Source: Kiritimatiellia bacterium (lineage in GTDB: Bacteria; Verrucomicrobiota; Kiritimatiellia; RFP12; JAAYLN01). Taken from it: a stretch of 64,000 nucleotides of DNA. Location: contig JAZQOA010000086.1 in assembly GCA_045627605.1 (NCBI GenBank), forward strand, positions 15,281 to 79,280, written 5' to 3'. Shown here one piece after another: positions 55,214 through 64,000 of this stretch (the stretch's first letter is position 1; each line of letters begins with the position of its first letter). Both the position numbers and the translations under genes were made by a program. Below the pieces are notes generated by a model, which worked only from the letters and a program-made list of their open reading frames with translations, did not search any database and had not been told where the DNA came from.

Positions 55214-56257
55214 TTAGATGGAGGCCTTGACGGCGTCGACGACTTGCTCGACCGTGACGAGGATGCCGCCCATGCGGTTGACGAGCGGAATCGACGAGGC
55301 CTTGCGACCGAGGTGGAGCGCGATGTCGTCGCGGAACTGGCCGCAGCTCATTTCGACGACGAAGAGCTTCTTGCCTGCGACGGTCTTCTCAAGCGCCTCG
55401 CCCGGGAAGGGGTAGAGCGTCTGCGGACGGAACATGCCGACCTTGACGCCTTCCTCGCGGAGCGCGTCCACCGCGGAGCGGCTGACGCGGCTCGAGGTGC
55501 CGTAGGCGGCGAGGATAATCTCGGCGTCATCGGTCCTGTAGCACTCGGCCATCTGCTCGGCCGCCTCGATCTTGGCATACTTGGCCTGGAGATCGATGTT
55601 GTGCTGCTCCTGCTGCGGCGCATTGAGGAAGATCGAGGTGATGAGGTTCTTGCGCGTACGGGCGTCGCCTTCGGCGGCCCACGAAGCCGTCTCGGGACGC
55701 GGCGATTCCTTTTCGGGAAGGCGGAGCGTCTCCATCATCTGGCCGAGAACGGCGTCGGCAATCACGATGACCGGGTTGCGGTACTTGAAGGCAAGCTCGA
55801 AGGCCTTCATCGTGAAATCGCACATTTCCTGGACGTTGCCGGGGGCGAGCACGATGCAGTGGTAGCTGCCGTGGCCGCCGCCCTTGACCACCTGGTTGTA
55901 GTCGGCCTGCTCGGGGTAGACGTTGCCAAGGCCCGGGCCGGAACGCTGCACGGTGACGATGACGCCGGGGAGCTCTGCGCCCGCGAGGTAGGAGATGCCT
56001 TCCTGCATGAGGCTCATGCCCGGCCCCGAGGTCGCCGTCATCGAAAGCTTGCCCGTGGAGGCCGCGCCGTAGACCATGTTGATCGACGACGTTTCGCATT
56101 CGGCCTGGAGGAACTCCTTGCCGACGGACGGGAAGTAAAGCGCCGCCATCTGGGCGATTTCGCTCGCCGGGGTAATCGGATAGCCGAAGAAGGCGTCGGC
56201 GCCGGCGTAGAGGGCGCCAATCACCACGGCTTCGTTGCCTTTTACAAACTTAGTCAT
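55214..56257 (-). CDS. 2-oxoacid:ferredoxin oxidoreductase alpha subunit
   Basis: MTKFVKGNEAVVIGALYAGADAFFGYPITPASEI from the internal ATG 56257. 347 aa. Confidence 0.85.
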   Translation of the reverse strand: MTKFVKGNEAVVIGALYAGADAFFGYPITPASEIAQMAALYFPSVGKEFLQAECETSSINMVYGAASTGKLSMTATSGPGMSLMQEGISYLAGAELPGVIVTVQRSGPGLGNVYPEQADYNQVVKGGGHGSYHCIVLAPGNVQEMCDFTMKAFELAFKYRNPVIVIADAVLGQMMETLRLPEKESPRPETASWAAEGDARTRKNLITSIFLNAPQQEQHNIDLQAKYAKIEAAEQMAECYRTDDAEIILAAYGTSSRVSRSAVDALREEGVKVGMFRPQTLYPFPGEALEKTVAGKKLFVVEMSCGQFRDDIALHLGRKASSIPLVNRMGGILVTVEQVVDAVKASI

Positions 56258-56270
56258 TTCAAACGTCCTC

Positions 56271-56510
56271 CTACTTTGCGGTGTGGACCTCGATGGCGTA
56301 GGGCTCGGGGCAGTTGTAGAAGCAAATCGCGCAACCAATGCACCCCTCGCCAACGTATTCGGCCGCATTGACGCCGCGCTTGTTAAGCGTGGTCTTCATG
56401 CGCAGTACTTTCTTCGGGCAGGCCGCCACGCAGCGTCCGCAGCCCTTGCAGTGGTCTTCCGAAAAGACCGGCCTCGGCAACGTTCCCGGGGCAATGGCTT
56501 CTTCGCTCAT
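56271..56510 (-). CDS. 2-oxoacid:ferredoxin oxidoreductase delta subunit (2x[4Fe-4S] ferredoxin)
   Basis: Two cluster motifs, CKGCGRCVAACP and CIGCAICFYNCP, in 79 aa. Confidence 0.8.
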   Translation of the reverse strand: MSEEAIAPGTLPRPVFSEDHCKGCGRCVAACPKKVLRMKTTLNKRGVNAAEYVGEGCIGCAICFYNCPEPYAIEVHTAK

Positions 56511-56585
56511 CTTCGTTTAATCCTTAGCTTGTTGGGTGAAAACAAAGTCTTACTATTTTACAACTTCCGGCCGATTCCAACAACA

Positions 56586-57809
56586 TCAGGCCAGCTCGTG
56601 GACGAGCAGACCCGAGCGCAGCTTCGGCTCGAACCACGTGCTCTTGGGCGGCATGATCTGCCCCGCGTCGGCAATCGCCATCATCTGGGCGACCGTCACA
56701 GGCGCCATGGAGAAGGCGACCGCCGCCTTGCCGGAGTCAACACGCTTCTCAAGCTCCTTCGTCCCGCGGATGCCGCCGACGAACGCGATGCGGGTGTTGG
56801 TGCGCGGGTCGCCGATGCCAAGCACCGGGGCAAGCAGGCGCTCCTGGAGGACGCTCACGTCAAGCGCGCTCACGGGGTCGGCCTCGAACGCGGGCCAGGA
56901 GAGTCCATACCACTTGCCTCCGAGGTACATCGAGACATTGCGCGACGAGGCCGGTTCCGCGGCGGCTCCTTCCGCGACCGTGAAGATTTCCTTCACGCGC
57001 CCGAGGAAGGCCTCGGGGGCGAGGCCGTTGAGATCGGCGACGACCCGGTTGTAGGGGAGGATCCGCAGCTGCGACGCGGGGAAAAGCACCGCGAGGAACC
57101 AGTTGTACTCCTCGGCGCCCGTGTGGGCGGGATTGGCGGCGCGGCGCTCGGCGCCGGCGCGGAAAGCGGCCTTGGCGCGGTGATGGCCGTCCGCCACGTA
57201 GGCGACGGGAACCGCGTCGAAAAGCCCGCGCAACTTGGCGGTGTCCGCCGCCGGCACCTTCCACACGGTGTGGCGGATGCCGTCCGCCGCGGTGAAGTCA
57301 TACAGGGGGGCCGTCGCCATTGCCGCGGCGACCACGGCGTCGATCGACGCCTCGTCGCGGTACGTGAGGAAGACCGGCCCGGTGTTGGCGTTGAGGTCGA
57401 GGACGTGCCGCGTGCGGTCATCCTCCTTGTCCTGGCGGGTCTTTTCGTGCTTGCGGATGACATCGGCGCCGTAGTCGTCGATGTGGCAGCAGGAGACGAC
57501 ACCCGTCTGGGCGTGGTTGCCCATGACCTGGCGGTAGGCGTAGTAGGAGGCCTCGGGATCGGTGGCGAGCGCCCCCTGCTCCTTCAGCGCATTCAGCGCT
57601 TTAACGGCCTGCGCGTAGACGGGGTCGGAGTAGATGTCCGTCCCGTCGGGCAGGTCGATTTCGGGACGCGACACGTGCAGGAAGCTCACGGGATTGCCCG
57701 CCGCAAGGGCGCGGGCCTCGGCCGTGTCAACGACATCGTAGGGCACGGAGGCGAGTTGCGCGGCGACCTCCGGGGCGGGACGCAGCGCGTTGAATGGCTT
57801 GGTTTTCAT
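56586..57809 (-). CDS. DUF1015 family protein
   Basis: The N-terminus MKTKPFNALRPAPEVAAQLASVPYDVVDTAEAR and the ~407-aa length are typical of DUF1015. The ATG overlaps the cimA stop (ATGA). Confidence 0.7.
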   Translation of the reverse strand: MKTKPFNALRPAPEVAAQLASVPYDVVDTAEARALAAGNPVSFLHVSRPEIDLPDGTDIYSDPVYAQAVKALNALKEQGALATDPEASYYAYRQVMGNHAQTGVVSCCHIDDYGADVIRKHEKTRQDKEDDRTRHVLDLNANTGPVFLTYRDEASIDAVVAAAMATAPLYDFTAADGIRHTVWKVPAADTAKLRGLFDAVPVAYVADGHHRAKAAFRAGAERRAANPAHTGAEEYNWFLAVLFPASQLRILPYNRVVADLNGLAPEAFLGRVKEIFTVAEGAAAEPASSRNVSMYLGGKWYGLSWPAFEADPVSALDVSVLQERLLAPVLGIGDPRTNTRIAFVGGIRGTKELEKRVDSGKAAVAFSMAPVTVAQMMAIADAGQIMPPKSTWFEPKLRSGLLVHELA

Positions 57810-59407
57810 TTTCCAGTTTTCTCCAGTTCGTCGTGGATGAGTTTGATTTCGACGGAATCGAGGAGGGCGATCCAGCTCGCCTCGATGATGTCGGATGAAA
57901 CGCCAACCGTGTTCCAGATCCGGCCGCCGTCGGTTGATTCAATCAGCACCCGCACCATCGACGCCGTCGCGGCGCCGGTGTCGAAAACGCGCACCTTGTA
58001 GTCGGTGAGCTTCATCTCGCCCAGTCGCGGGTAGAATTTTTCAAGCGCCTTGCGGAGGGCGCCGTCGAGGGCGTTGACGGGGCCGTTGCCTTCGGCCGCC
58101 GTGATTTCCTCGCGGCCCGCCGACGAGATCTTGATCATCGCCGTGGTGTTGCGCCCCTTCGAGGCGCCAACCGAAAGTTCCGAAACAAGGCGGAAGCGCT
58201 CAAGTTCGAAAAAAGGCTTGTAAGGCGAAAGGATCCGGCGGATGAGAATCTCGAAACTGCCATCGGCGCCTTCGAACTGGTAGCCGGCCTTTTCAAGTTC
58301 CTTGAGCCGGGCGAGGACAAGCTCGACGCCTGCGGCATCTGGCTCCAGGCCGGGCAGGACGGCGCCGATGCGATCGATGACCGCGCTTTTGCCGGCCATC
58401 TCGCTGATGAGGAAACGGCGCGAATTGCCGACGCTTTCGGGGGCGACATGCTCGAAGGAGCGCGCCGCCTTGCGGACGCCATCCATGTGCATGCCGCCTT
58501 TGTGGGCGAAGGCACGGCGGCCGACGTAGGGCAATCCGCCAGGCAAGGTCACGTTGGCGATCGCGGCCACGCGGCGCACCGTCGGCGTCAGCTGCCGGAT
58601 GTGCTCGTCGCCGATGCAGCCATAGCCAAGCTTGAGCTGCAAGTCCCCGATGACCGTGGCGAGATTGGCGTTGCCGCAGCGCTCGCCAAAGCCGGCGATC
58701 GTCCCCTGGACGTGCGTGGCTCCGGCGCGAACGGCGGCAAGCGTATTCGCAACGGCAAGCCCGCCGTCATCGTGCGCATGGATGCCGACCGCGCACCGGC
58801 CGCCCAGATGGGCGACGACGGCGGCTGTCGCGCAGGAAACGTCCTCGGGGAACATTCCCCCATTTGTCTCGCACAGGCAGACGACCGACGCGCCGGCGGA
58901 GGCCGCCGTCTCGGCAACCTTCATCGCGTAGGCGGGGTCGTCGACGTAGCCGTTGAAAAAGTGCTCGGCGTCGAAAATCACGCGCCGCCCCGCGTCGACA
59001 AGCCACTTGATGGTCGCCGCGATCATCCTGAGGTTCTCGTCGTCGGTCGTGTGCAAGACTTCGGCAACGTGAAACTTCCAGGCTTTGCCGAAGACGCAGA
59101 CGGTCTTCGTCCCCGCGCGCAAAAGACTCGCCAGCCGAGGGTCGTCGCCCGGCTCGGTACCGGGGCGGCACGTGGCGCCGAAAGCCACGACCGCGGCCTG
59201 TTTCAAGTTCAGCTTCCTGACGACGTCGAAGAACTCAAGGTCCTTCGGGTTCGACCCCGGATTGCCCGCCTCGACAAGCGCCACGCCAAGCGCGTCAAGC
59301 GCCTCGGCGATTTCGAGTTTGTCGTTGATCGAAAAGGAGATTGACTCCGCCTGTGCGCCGTCGCGCAGCGTCGTGTCGAGGAGTTCTATTTTTTGGGGCG
59401 CCGCCAT
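57806..59407 (-). CDS. cimA: Citramalate synthase (LeuA/CimA family, long form with a LeuA-dimer-like C-terminus)
   Basis: IELLDTTLRDGAQAESISFSINDKLEIAEALDALGV, HAHDDGGLAVANTLAAV and a length of 533 aa. Distinguishing citramalate from isopropylmalate synthase is inferred from length and architecture only. Confidence 0.7.
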   Translation of the reverse strand: MAAPQKIELLDTTLRDGAQAESISFSINDKLEIAEALDALGVALVEAGNPGSNPKDLEFFDVVRKLNLKQAAVVAFGATCRPGTEPGDDPRLASLLRAGTKTVCVFGKAWKFHVAEVLHTTDDENLRMIAATIKWLVDAGRRVIFDAEHFFNGYVDDPAYAMKVAETAASAGASVVCLCETNGGMFPEDVSCATAAVVAHLGGRCAVGIHAHDDGGLAVANTLAAVRAGATHVQGTIAGFGERCGNANLATVIGDLQLKLGYGCIGDEHIRQLTPTVRRVAAIANVTLPGGLPYVGRRAFAHKGGMHMDGVRKAARSFEHVAPESVGNSRRFLISEMAGKSAVIDRIGAVLPGLEPDAAGVELVLARLKELEKAGYQFEGADGSFEILIRRILSPYKPFFELERFRLVSELSVGASKGRNTTAMIKISSAGREEITAAEGNGPVNALDGALRKALEKFYPRLGEMKLTDYKVRVFDTGAATASMVRVLIESTDGGRIWNTVGVSSDIIEASWIALLDSVEIKLIHDELEKTGK

Positions 59408-59429
59408 TGGAAGTCTTCAGCCGGCCGGC

Positions 59430-60419
59430 TTAGTATCGGGAATCCGGGAAGTAGAAGTCCTTGGCGTTCTCGGGCGTGATAATCTCGGAGGGGATGACAA
59501 TCTCCGAGACGCCGCCTTCGGGTTTCTTGCCGTTGCGAAGCCCCTTGAGAGCCTCGATGATGCCGCGGTGGGCCATCATCGGCGGATACGAGACCGTGGC
59601 CCGGACAACCTTGTCGCCGTCCATGACCTTCTTCACGACGATCTTGCTGCCGCCGCCGCCGACCATCGCCTTGATGTCGTCGCGCCCGGAGTTCTCATAG
59701 GCGCGGAGGGCGCCGACAAGGACGTCGTCGTCGCCGACCCAGATGGCATCGACGTGCTTGTACTTCTGCAGGTAGACCTCCATGAGGTTCATGCCCTTCT
59801 CGGTGTCCCACCACGCGGGCTGGGACTCGAGGATCTTGATTTCGGGGAACTCCTTGGCCATGACGTCGTTGAAGCCCTCGACGCGCTGCGTGTTGATCGG
59901 GCACGGGATGCCTTCCATGACGAGAATCTCGCCCTTGCCGCCGATGAGGCCGCCAATGGCGCGCGCGGCCTGTTCGCCGAGGTTGCGGTTGTCGCCGTTG
60001 ACGAAGAGGTCCTGGCAGGGCTCGAGCATCGGGTTGGAGACGATGACGGTGTAGACGCCCTTGTCGTGGGCGCGCTTGCAGGCGGGCGTAATCGGCCCGG
60101 GCTCCTGGCAGACGACCACGAGGGCGTCGATGCCGCGCGTGACAAGGTTGTCGATCTTGTCGTGCTGCTCTGCGGCATCCTTGCCGATCGTGACGATGAC
60201 TTCGACATCGTCGTTGGCCGCTTCGACTTCCTTCTTGGCGAGCTCGGCCGCCGAGACAATGCCGCCCGACCACCCATGGTCGGCCGCGGGGAGGGAAACG
60301 CCAATCTTCAGCTTGGCCTGCCGGGCGGTACTTTCGGCGGCGTCGCCGCCCTTGCCGCAGCCGACGAATCCCGCCAGCGCAAACGCGGCGGCGGCGACGA
60401 CAGTGAAAAAGTTCTTCAT
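59430..60419 (-). CDS. Sugar ABC-transporter periplasmic binding lipoprotein (ribose/galactose-type PBP)
   Basis: Lipobox FALAGFVGC, KIGVSLPAADHGWSGG and the RGIDALVV pattern of type-I periplasmic binding proteins. No cognate permease or ATPase is adjacent. Confidence 0.75.
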   Translation of the reverse strand: MKNFFTVVAAAAFALAGFVGCGKGGDAAESTARQAKLKIGVSLPAADHGWSGGIVSAAELAKKEVEAANDDVEVIVTIGKDAAEQHDKIDNLVTRGIDALVVVCQEPGPITPACKRAHDKGVYTVIVSNPMLEPCQDLFVNGDNRNLGEQAARAIGGLIGGKGEILVMEGIPCPINTQRVEGFNDVMAKEFPEIKILESQPAWWDTEKGMNLMEVYLQKYKHVDAIWVGDDDVLVGALRAYENSGRDDIKAMVGGGGSKIVVKKVMDGDKVVRATVSYPPMMAHRGIIEALKGLRNGKKPEGGVSEIVIPSEIITPENAKDFYFPDSRY

Positions 60420-60479
60420 TGGAGTTGTCCTTTTATGGGGGGGCGGGGTCCGCGAACGACGGACGCCGCAGTTGTTGTT

Positions 60480-61889
60480 TTAGTAGATCTTGTTCAGCTG
60501 GGCGAGCTGGCCGGCGATGAGGTCGTCCGCGACGGTGGGGCCGAAGGGCGAAGTCGCCGCCTCGTAGCCGTCCTCCTTGAAGCTGTCGGAGAACGGGAAG
60601 TAGCCACGGCTGCCATTGGTGAGGCAGGCGCAAATCGTCAGGGCAAAGGGGCTCTTGGCCTTGACGGCCTTGCCGATGTCGTTGAAAGGCTCGCCGGGGA
60701 AGCCGCCGAAGGCGACGGACTTGCCAATCGCGAGCGTGAAGAGCGGGAGGTCGAAGAAATCGGGGCCGTCCTTCAGGCGGCGGATGCGCCCGGCGCGCGC
60801 GACCTCGGTCGTGAGCTCCATCCCCTTCCAGGGCAACTCGGCGTCCTTGCCGGCCTCGTGGGTGGCCCACACCTTCTCGGCCCAGGCAAGATCCTTCTCG
60901 TCGCCCGGCTTGGCGCGGTTGGAGGGGACGCGGACGCTTCCGGTGGCGAACTTGATCTTGCCCGCCTCAAGCGGCGCACACTTCAGCCAGACGTTGAGCG
61001 CAGCGGCGGTGATGACATTGGCCATGTGGCGGGCGTGGTCGTAGCCGCGGTCGACATCGTCGAAGTCGCGCTTGAGTCCGTTGAGCTCGCCGGGTTTCGG
61101 CATGACGTTGCAGTGGTTGACGTCGCCCTGGGTGCCGTTGATCACAAGCGAGAAAGCCTCGCCCATCGTCGCGGCCTCGAAGACGGCGCGCGTGAGGCCG
61201 GGCCAGTCCGCGGTAAGGGTCTCGCCGCCGACGACATCCGGGTGGGTCTGGAAGTTGATGACGGCGATGGACTTCGCGCCCTCGCGGTCGATGCGCAGGA
61301 CCTGCACCTGCTCGTCGGGCGGATTGCCGACGGGCTTGACAATGTCGGGGTTGTTGGTGCCCGGATTCGTCATGACCTTGCCGCTCTTCATGAGGTAGCG
61401 GCGGCCGAAGGTGATGCGCTTGGCCTCGCTGCGCCCGCAGGAGAGCCTGGCGGGCTTGAGGTCGGCGATGGCCGCGACAGCGGCATCCGCCGCGCGGGTC
61501 GTCGCCATATTGACGTAGATGTAGTCGATCTCGGTGGCGTTGGAGGGGACGCCGTCGCCCGAGGTCCCCGACGAGCCATGCGTCGAATTCATGGCGAGAT
61601 AGCCGCCGTCATGCGTGTGCGAGGCGTGGAGGAAGATCGCGTCGCGCTTGACGCCGGTCGCCTTCACGATCGCGTCGCGCATGGCGCCCGCAACCACATC
61701 GGAAAGCGCCTCGCAGTCGAACTGCATGACGAGTGCGGTCTCCTCGCCGTCCGCGAAGGCGACGCAGTTGATCTGCAGGGGGTCGAGCACCTTCTTGGCG
61801 CGGCGATCCTGGTAGTAGCCGGGCATGTAGGAGCCCAGCGGCGGGGTGATGTCAACGCGCGCGAAACCAGCTGAAAACATATTTTCCAT
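60480..61889 (-). CDS. Neutral/alkaline ceramidase N-terminal-domain-like hydrolase
   Basis: N-terminus AGFARVDITPPLGSYMPGYY...DPLQINCVAFADGEETALVMQFDCEAL, matching my recollection of the ceramidase-like family. Start at the internal ATG 61889 or 61880. Confidence 0.5.
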   Translation of the reverse strand: MENMFSAGFARVDITPPLGSYMPGYYQDRRAKKVLDPLQINCVAFADGEETALVMQFDCEALSDVVAGAMRDAIVKATGVKRDAIFLHASHTHDGGYLAMNSTHGSSGTSGDGVPSNATEIDYIYVNMATTRAADAAVAAIADLKPARLSCGRSEAKRITFGRRYLMKSGKVMTNPGTNNPDIVKPVGNPPDEQVQVLRIDREGAKSIAVINFQTHPDVVGGETLTADWPGLTRAVFEAATMGEAFSLVINGTQGDVNHCNVMPKPGELNGLKRDFDDVDRGYDHARHMANVITAAALNVWLKCAPLEAGKIKFATGSVRVPSNRAKPGDEKDLAWAEKVWATHEAGKDAELPWKGMELTTEVARAGRIRRLKDGPDFFDLPLFTLAIGKSVAFGGFPGEPFNDIGKAVKAKSPFALTICACLTNGSRGYFPFSDSFKEDGYEAATSPFGPTVADDLIAGQLAQLNKIY

Positions 61890-61981
61890 TTTGACTTTCC
61901 TCAGGCGGCTTTGAAAAACCAAGCCCCGCGAAGGCCGGGATTGGCCACCGCGGGACCCGATTTGAGCGCCGCGTAAAAATG

Positions 61982-63049
61982 CTAATCCTTGACGACGATG
62001 ATCTTGCCGCCGTTCTGGGCGGACTTGTGGGCGGCCGCGCAAAGCGCGAGGTTGTGGATCGCGCCCCCGGCGGTAAGGAACTTGCCGGTCTGGACGGAGG
62101 CGGCATGCCCCTCGATAAGCGCCTGGTAGATGTTCTGGATCTTGCCGGGCGCAACGGCCGTCGTCTTCTTGCCGTCGTCGAGCTCGAGGCGGATTCTGAC
62201 GGGCTCGTCATCGTAGCCCGAAAGCTGGAAGAGCGTGCCGTAGCCACGGAGAATGGCCTTGTCGCCGTAGATTTCGTAGCCGAGGTTGGTGAGGGTGCCG
62301 GCAAGGCCGCCGCGCAGCTCCGAGAAGGAGGCGTTGACGCTGCCCTGGGTGCCGTCCTCGAAGAAGAACTTGATGTAGGCGCCGTCTTCGGCCTTGATCT
62401 TCATGACCTTGGGGTAGTAGACGGCGGCGACCTTGGCGATCTTCTTGCCGAACATGTACTCCGCGACGTAGAAGCAGTGGCTGGCGACATCGCCGATCGG
62501 GCCGCCCATCTCCTCGATCTTGGAGCAGCGCCAGGTGGCCGCCTCGGCGGGATCGTAGCCGTAGGCGAACTCCATGTGGAAGCAGCTGTCGTTGACGTTG
62601 CCGAGCTTGCCGGCCTGGAGCAACTTGGCGCCCGCGATATTCCAGGCGTTGTTGACCATCATGTGGTCGACGGTGAGCGAAAGGTTCTTCGCCTTGGCAA
62701 GCTTGTCCATCGCCTTGGCGTCAGCGACGCTTGTGGCGGCGGGTTTCTCGACAATCACGTGCTTGCCGGCCTTGAGGGCGGCAATGGCGAGCTTGGCGTG
62801 GGAGGCGTTGTTCGTCGCGATGTAGACGGCGTCGATCGACTTGTCGGCGAGGATGGCGTCGGAATTCTCGTACCACTTGAGGCCGAGGGCCTCGGCAGCC
62901 GCCTGACGGGCGGGATTCATGTCGGTGGCGGCGACAAGCACCGCCTTCTTAAGCCCGTTGAAACGGCTCTTGTCGCAGCCGAAGCCTTCCTTGGCGACGC
63001 GGTTTTCCGCAATGCCGCCAAAGCCGATGATCGCGTATTTGACCTTCAT
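61982..63049 (-). CDS. Gfo/Idh/MocA family NAD(P)-dependent oxidoreductase
   Basis: Rossmann N-terminus MKVKYAIIGFGGIAENR, and GKHVIVEKPAA. Start at the internal ATG 63049. Confidence 0.8.
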   Translation of the reverse strand: MKVKYAIIGFGGIAENRVAKEGFGCDKSRFNGLKKAVLVAATDMNPARQAAAEALGLKWYENSDAILADKSIDAVYIATNNASHAKLAIAALKAGKHVIVEKPAATSVADAKAMDKLAKAKNLSLTVDHMMVNNAWNIAGAKLLQAGKLGNVNDSCFHMEFAYGYDPAEAATWRCSKIEEMGGPIGDVASHCFYVAEYMFGKKIAKVAAVYYPKVMKIKAEDGAYIKFFFEDGTQGSVNASFSELRGGLAGTLTNLGYEIYGDKAILRGYGTLFQLSGYDDEPVRIRLELDDGKKTTAVAPGKIQNIYQALIEGHAASVQTGKFLTAGGAIHNLALCAAAHKSAQNGGKIIVVKD

Positions 63050-63181
63050 GTTGTCCTTTCTGTTGAAAATCAAGGTTAAGCAATTATACCAAATTGACTG
63101 GCCGCTGGCAAAAGCGTCCCGTCGCGATTTTTCACCCGATTGATACAGGGATTTCGCTTGCAACCGTCTGCGGCCAAGAAG

Positions 63182-63210
63182 CAAAACGGCCGCCCTTGCC
63201 GGGCGGCCGT
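63182..63210 (-). terminator. Rho-independent terminator of the permease gene
   Basis: Stem ACGGCCGCCC/GGGCGGCCGT with loop TTGCC (63186-63210), followed on the minus strand by TTTTGC. Confidence 0.6.
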
Positions 63211-63229
63211 CTTACAGGGAGGCCGGAGA

Positions 63230-64000
63230 CTACGCCTGCCCGCCGAGAACGGAATCCTCCAGGATTTTCTTCGCCTGGGCGAAGTACTCGACCTTGGTTT
63301 CCTTCGGGACCGCGCGCCAGTGGAGGAAGTGCTGGCGGATGAGCGCGACCATCGGCTTGTTGAGACGCACCCAGGCGTCGCGGGTGCCGGTGAGGCGCAC
63401 AAGCCGCATCTTGGAGATGTACTCCTTGGTGTCTGGATCGGTCGGCAGGTCGATCGTGATCATCTGCGAGACGCCAAGGTCAAAGGGCTTGAGCCACACC
63501 TGCACCTCGAGGCGCGGGATGTAGGCGCCGTCGGCCAGCGGGTCGGTCTCGTCCGCGAGCGTCAGCTTGGGCGGCCCCGAGAAAAAGGCGCCGGACGAGC
63601 CTTCGCCGAGGTTCTCGAAGTAGTTGTAGAAGAACGAGAGGACGGCGACGCGGTCGTAGTGCGTGAAGGTGAACGGCAGCGTGAAGGTGATGCTGTCGTC
63701 GTCCGCCGGTTCGGGCAGCGACCAGCCGGCATCGTCGGTGGGCTTGGCGATTTCAATCGCGGAGCGCGCCGGGAAGTACGTCGAGGCGAGGGTCGCCACG
63801 GCAATGGCGAGCGAGGCGTAGATCGTCGTCACGGACGTGAAGTTCATGTTCATGCCGCCCGTGAGGTTGAGCGCGGTGAGGATGCGGCCCGTGCCCTGCG
63901 AGAGGATGTAGCCGAGGACCGCGCCCACCACCGAGTACACAAGCGCCTCGGCGACGAACATGAAGAAGATGTAGCGCGGCGCGATGCCGACGGCGTTGTA
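63230..64000 (-). CDS. ABC-transporter permease, FtsX/MacB-like C-terminal region. The 5' end lies outside the window.
   Basis: VAEALVYSVVGAVLGYILSQG and TIYASLAIAVATLASTYFPARSAIEI (FtsX-type TM3-TM4 region), followed by a ~170-aa C-terminal extension. The frame is open to the window edge. Confidence 0.65.
   Translation of the reverse strand, partial: YNAVGIAPRYIFFMFVAEALVYSVVGAVLGYILSQGTGRILTALNLTGGMNMNFTSVTTIYASLAIAVATLASTYFPARSAIEIAKPTDDAGWSLPEPADDDSITFTLPFTFTHYDRVAVLSFFYNYFENLGEGSSGAFFSGPPKLTLADETDPLADGAYIPRLEVQVWLKPFDLGVSQMITIDLPTDPDTKEYISKMRLVRLTGTRDAWVRLNKPMVALIRQHFLHWRAVPKETKVEYFAQAKKILEDSVLGGQA

Noticed and set aside
59085-61874. 929-aa plus-strand ORF
   Set aside because: It is antisense to the sugar-binding lipoprotein and the ceramidase-like gene, both of which have recognisable family motifs. 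Its composition is a GC-rich artefact.

Overview
High-GC bacterial chromosomal window with about 50 genes. Every gene from 7.8 to 41.3 kb is on the minus strand. All family assignments come from reading the supplied translations for motifs; no database search was run. Layout: 0-7.5 kb holds a partial secreted protease-like protein, a tandem AAA+ ATPase, a LysM lipoprotein, a metX-metW fusion and cysE. 7.5-9.9 kb is an AT-richer restriction-modification cassette wedged between cysE and cysK, with an unusually short endonuclease ORF. 9.9-18.4 kb holds cysK, a nagB-like gene, two hybrid histidine kinases and an orphan dhaK. 18.5-34.2 kb is a co-directional glycan-degradation cluster: a DUF4838-like protein, a beta-propeller hydrolase-like protein, a GDPD-BNR sialidase fusion, a GNAT, a second BNR sialidase, a GH28 fusion, two tandem MBL-fold paralogs and an FAD oxidoreductase. 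34.3-34.9 kb holds tRNA-Asp(GTC) with a near-consensus promoter and a decayed alpha/beta-hydrolase remnant. 35-41.3 kb holds an EEP nuclease/phosphatase, two large secreted unknowns and a sugar-phosphate isomerase. 41.3-52.7 kb is an AT-richer accessory island. 52.7-64 kb is core metabolism: a phosphodiester glycosidase, a cimA-DUF1015-2-oxoacid:ferredoxin oxidoreductase operon, a sugar-binding protein, a ceramidase-like protein, a Gfo/Idh/MocA oxidoreductase and a partial FtsX-type permease. The main candidate for something new is the five-gene operon at 41349-49182. It is a Wadjet/Mks-type SMC system (JetB-like, JetC, JetD-Toprim, JetA-like) in a permuted order (B-X-C-D-A). An apparently intact NYN(PIN-like nuclease)+LOTUS/OST-HTH gene is translationally coupled between jetB and jetC. 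No CRISPR array, rRNA, transposase or integrase was seen.
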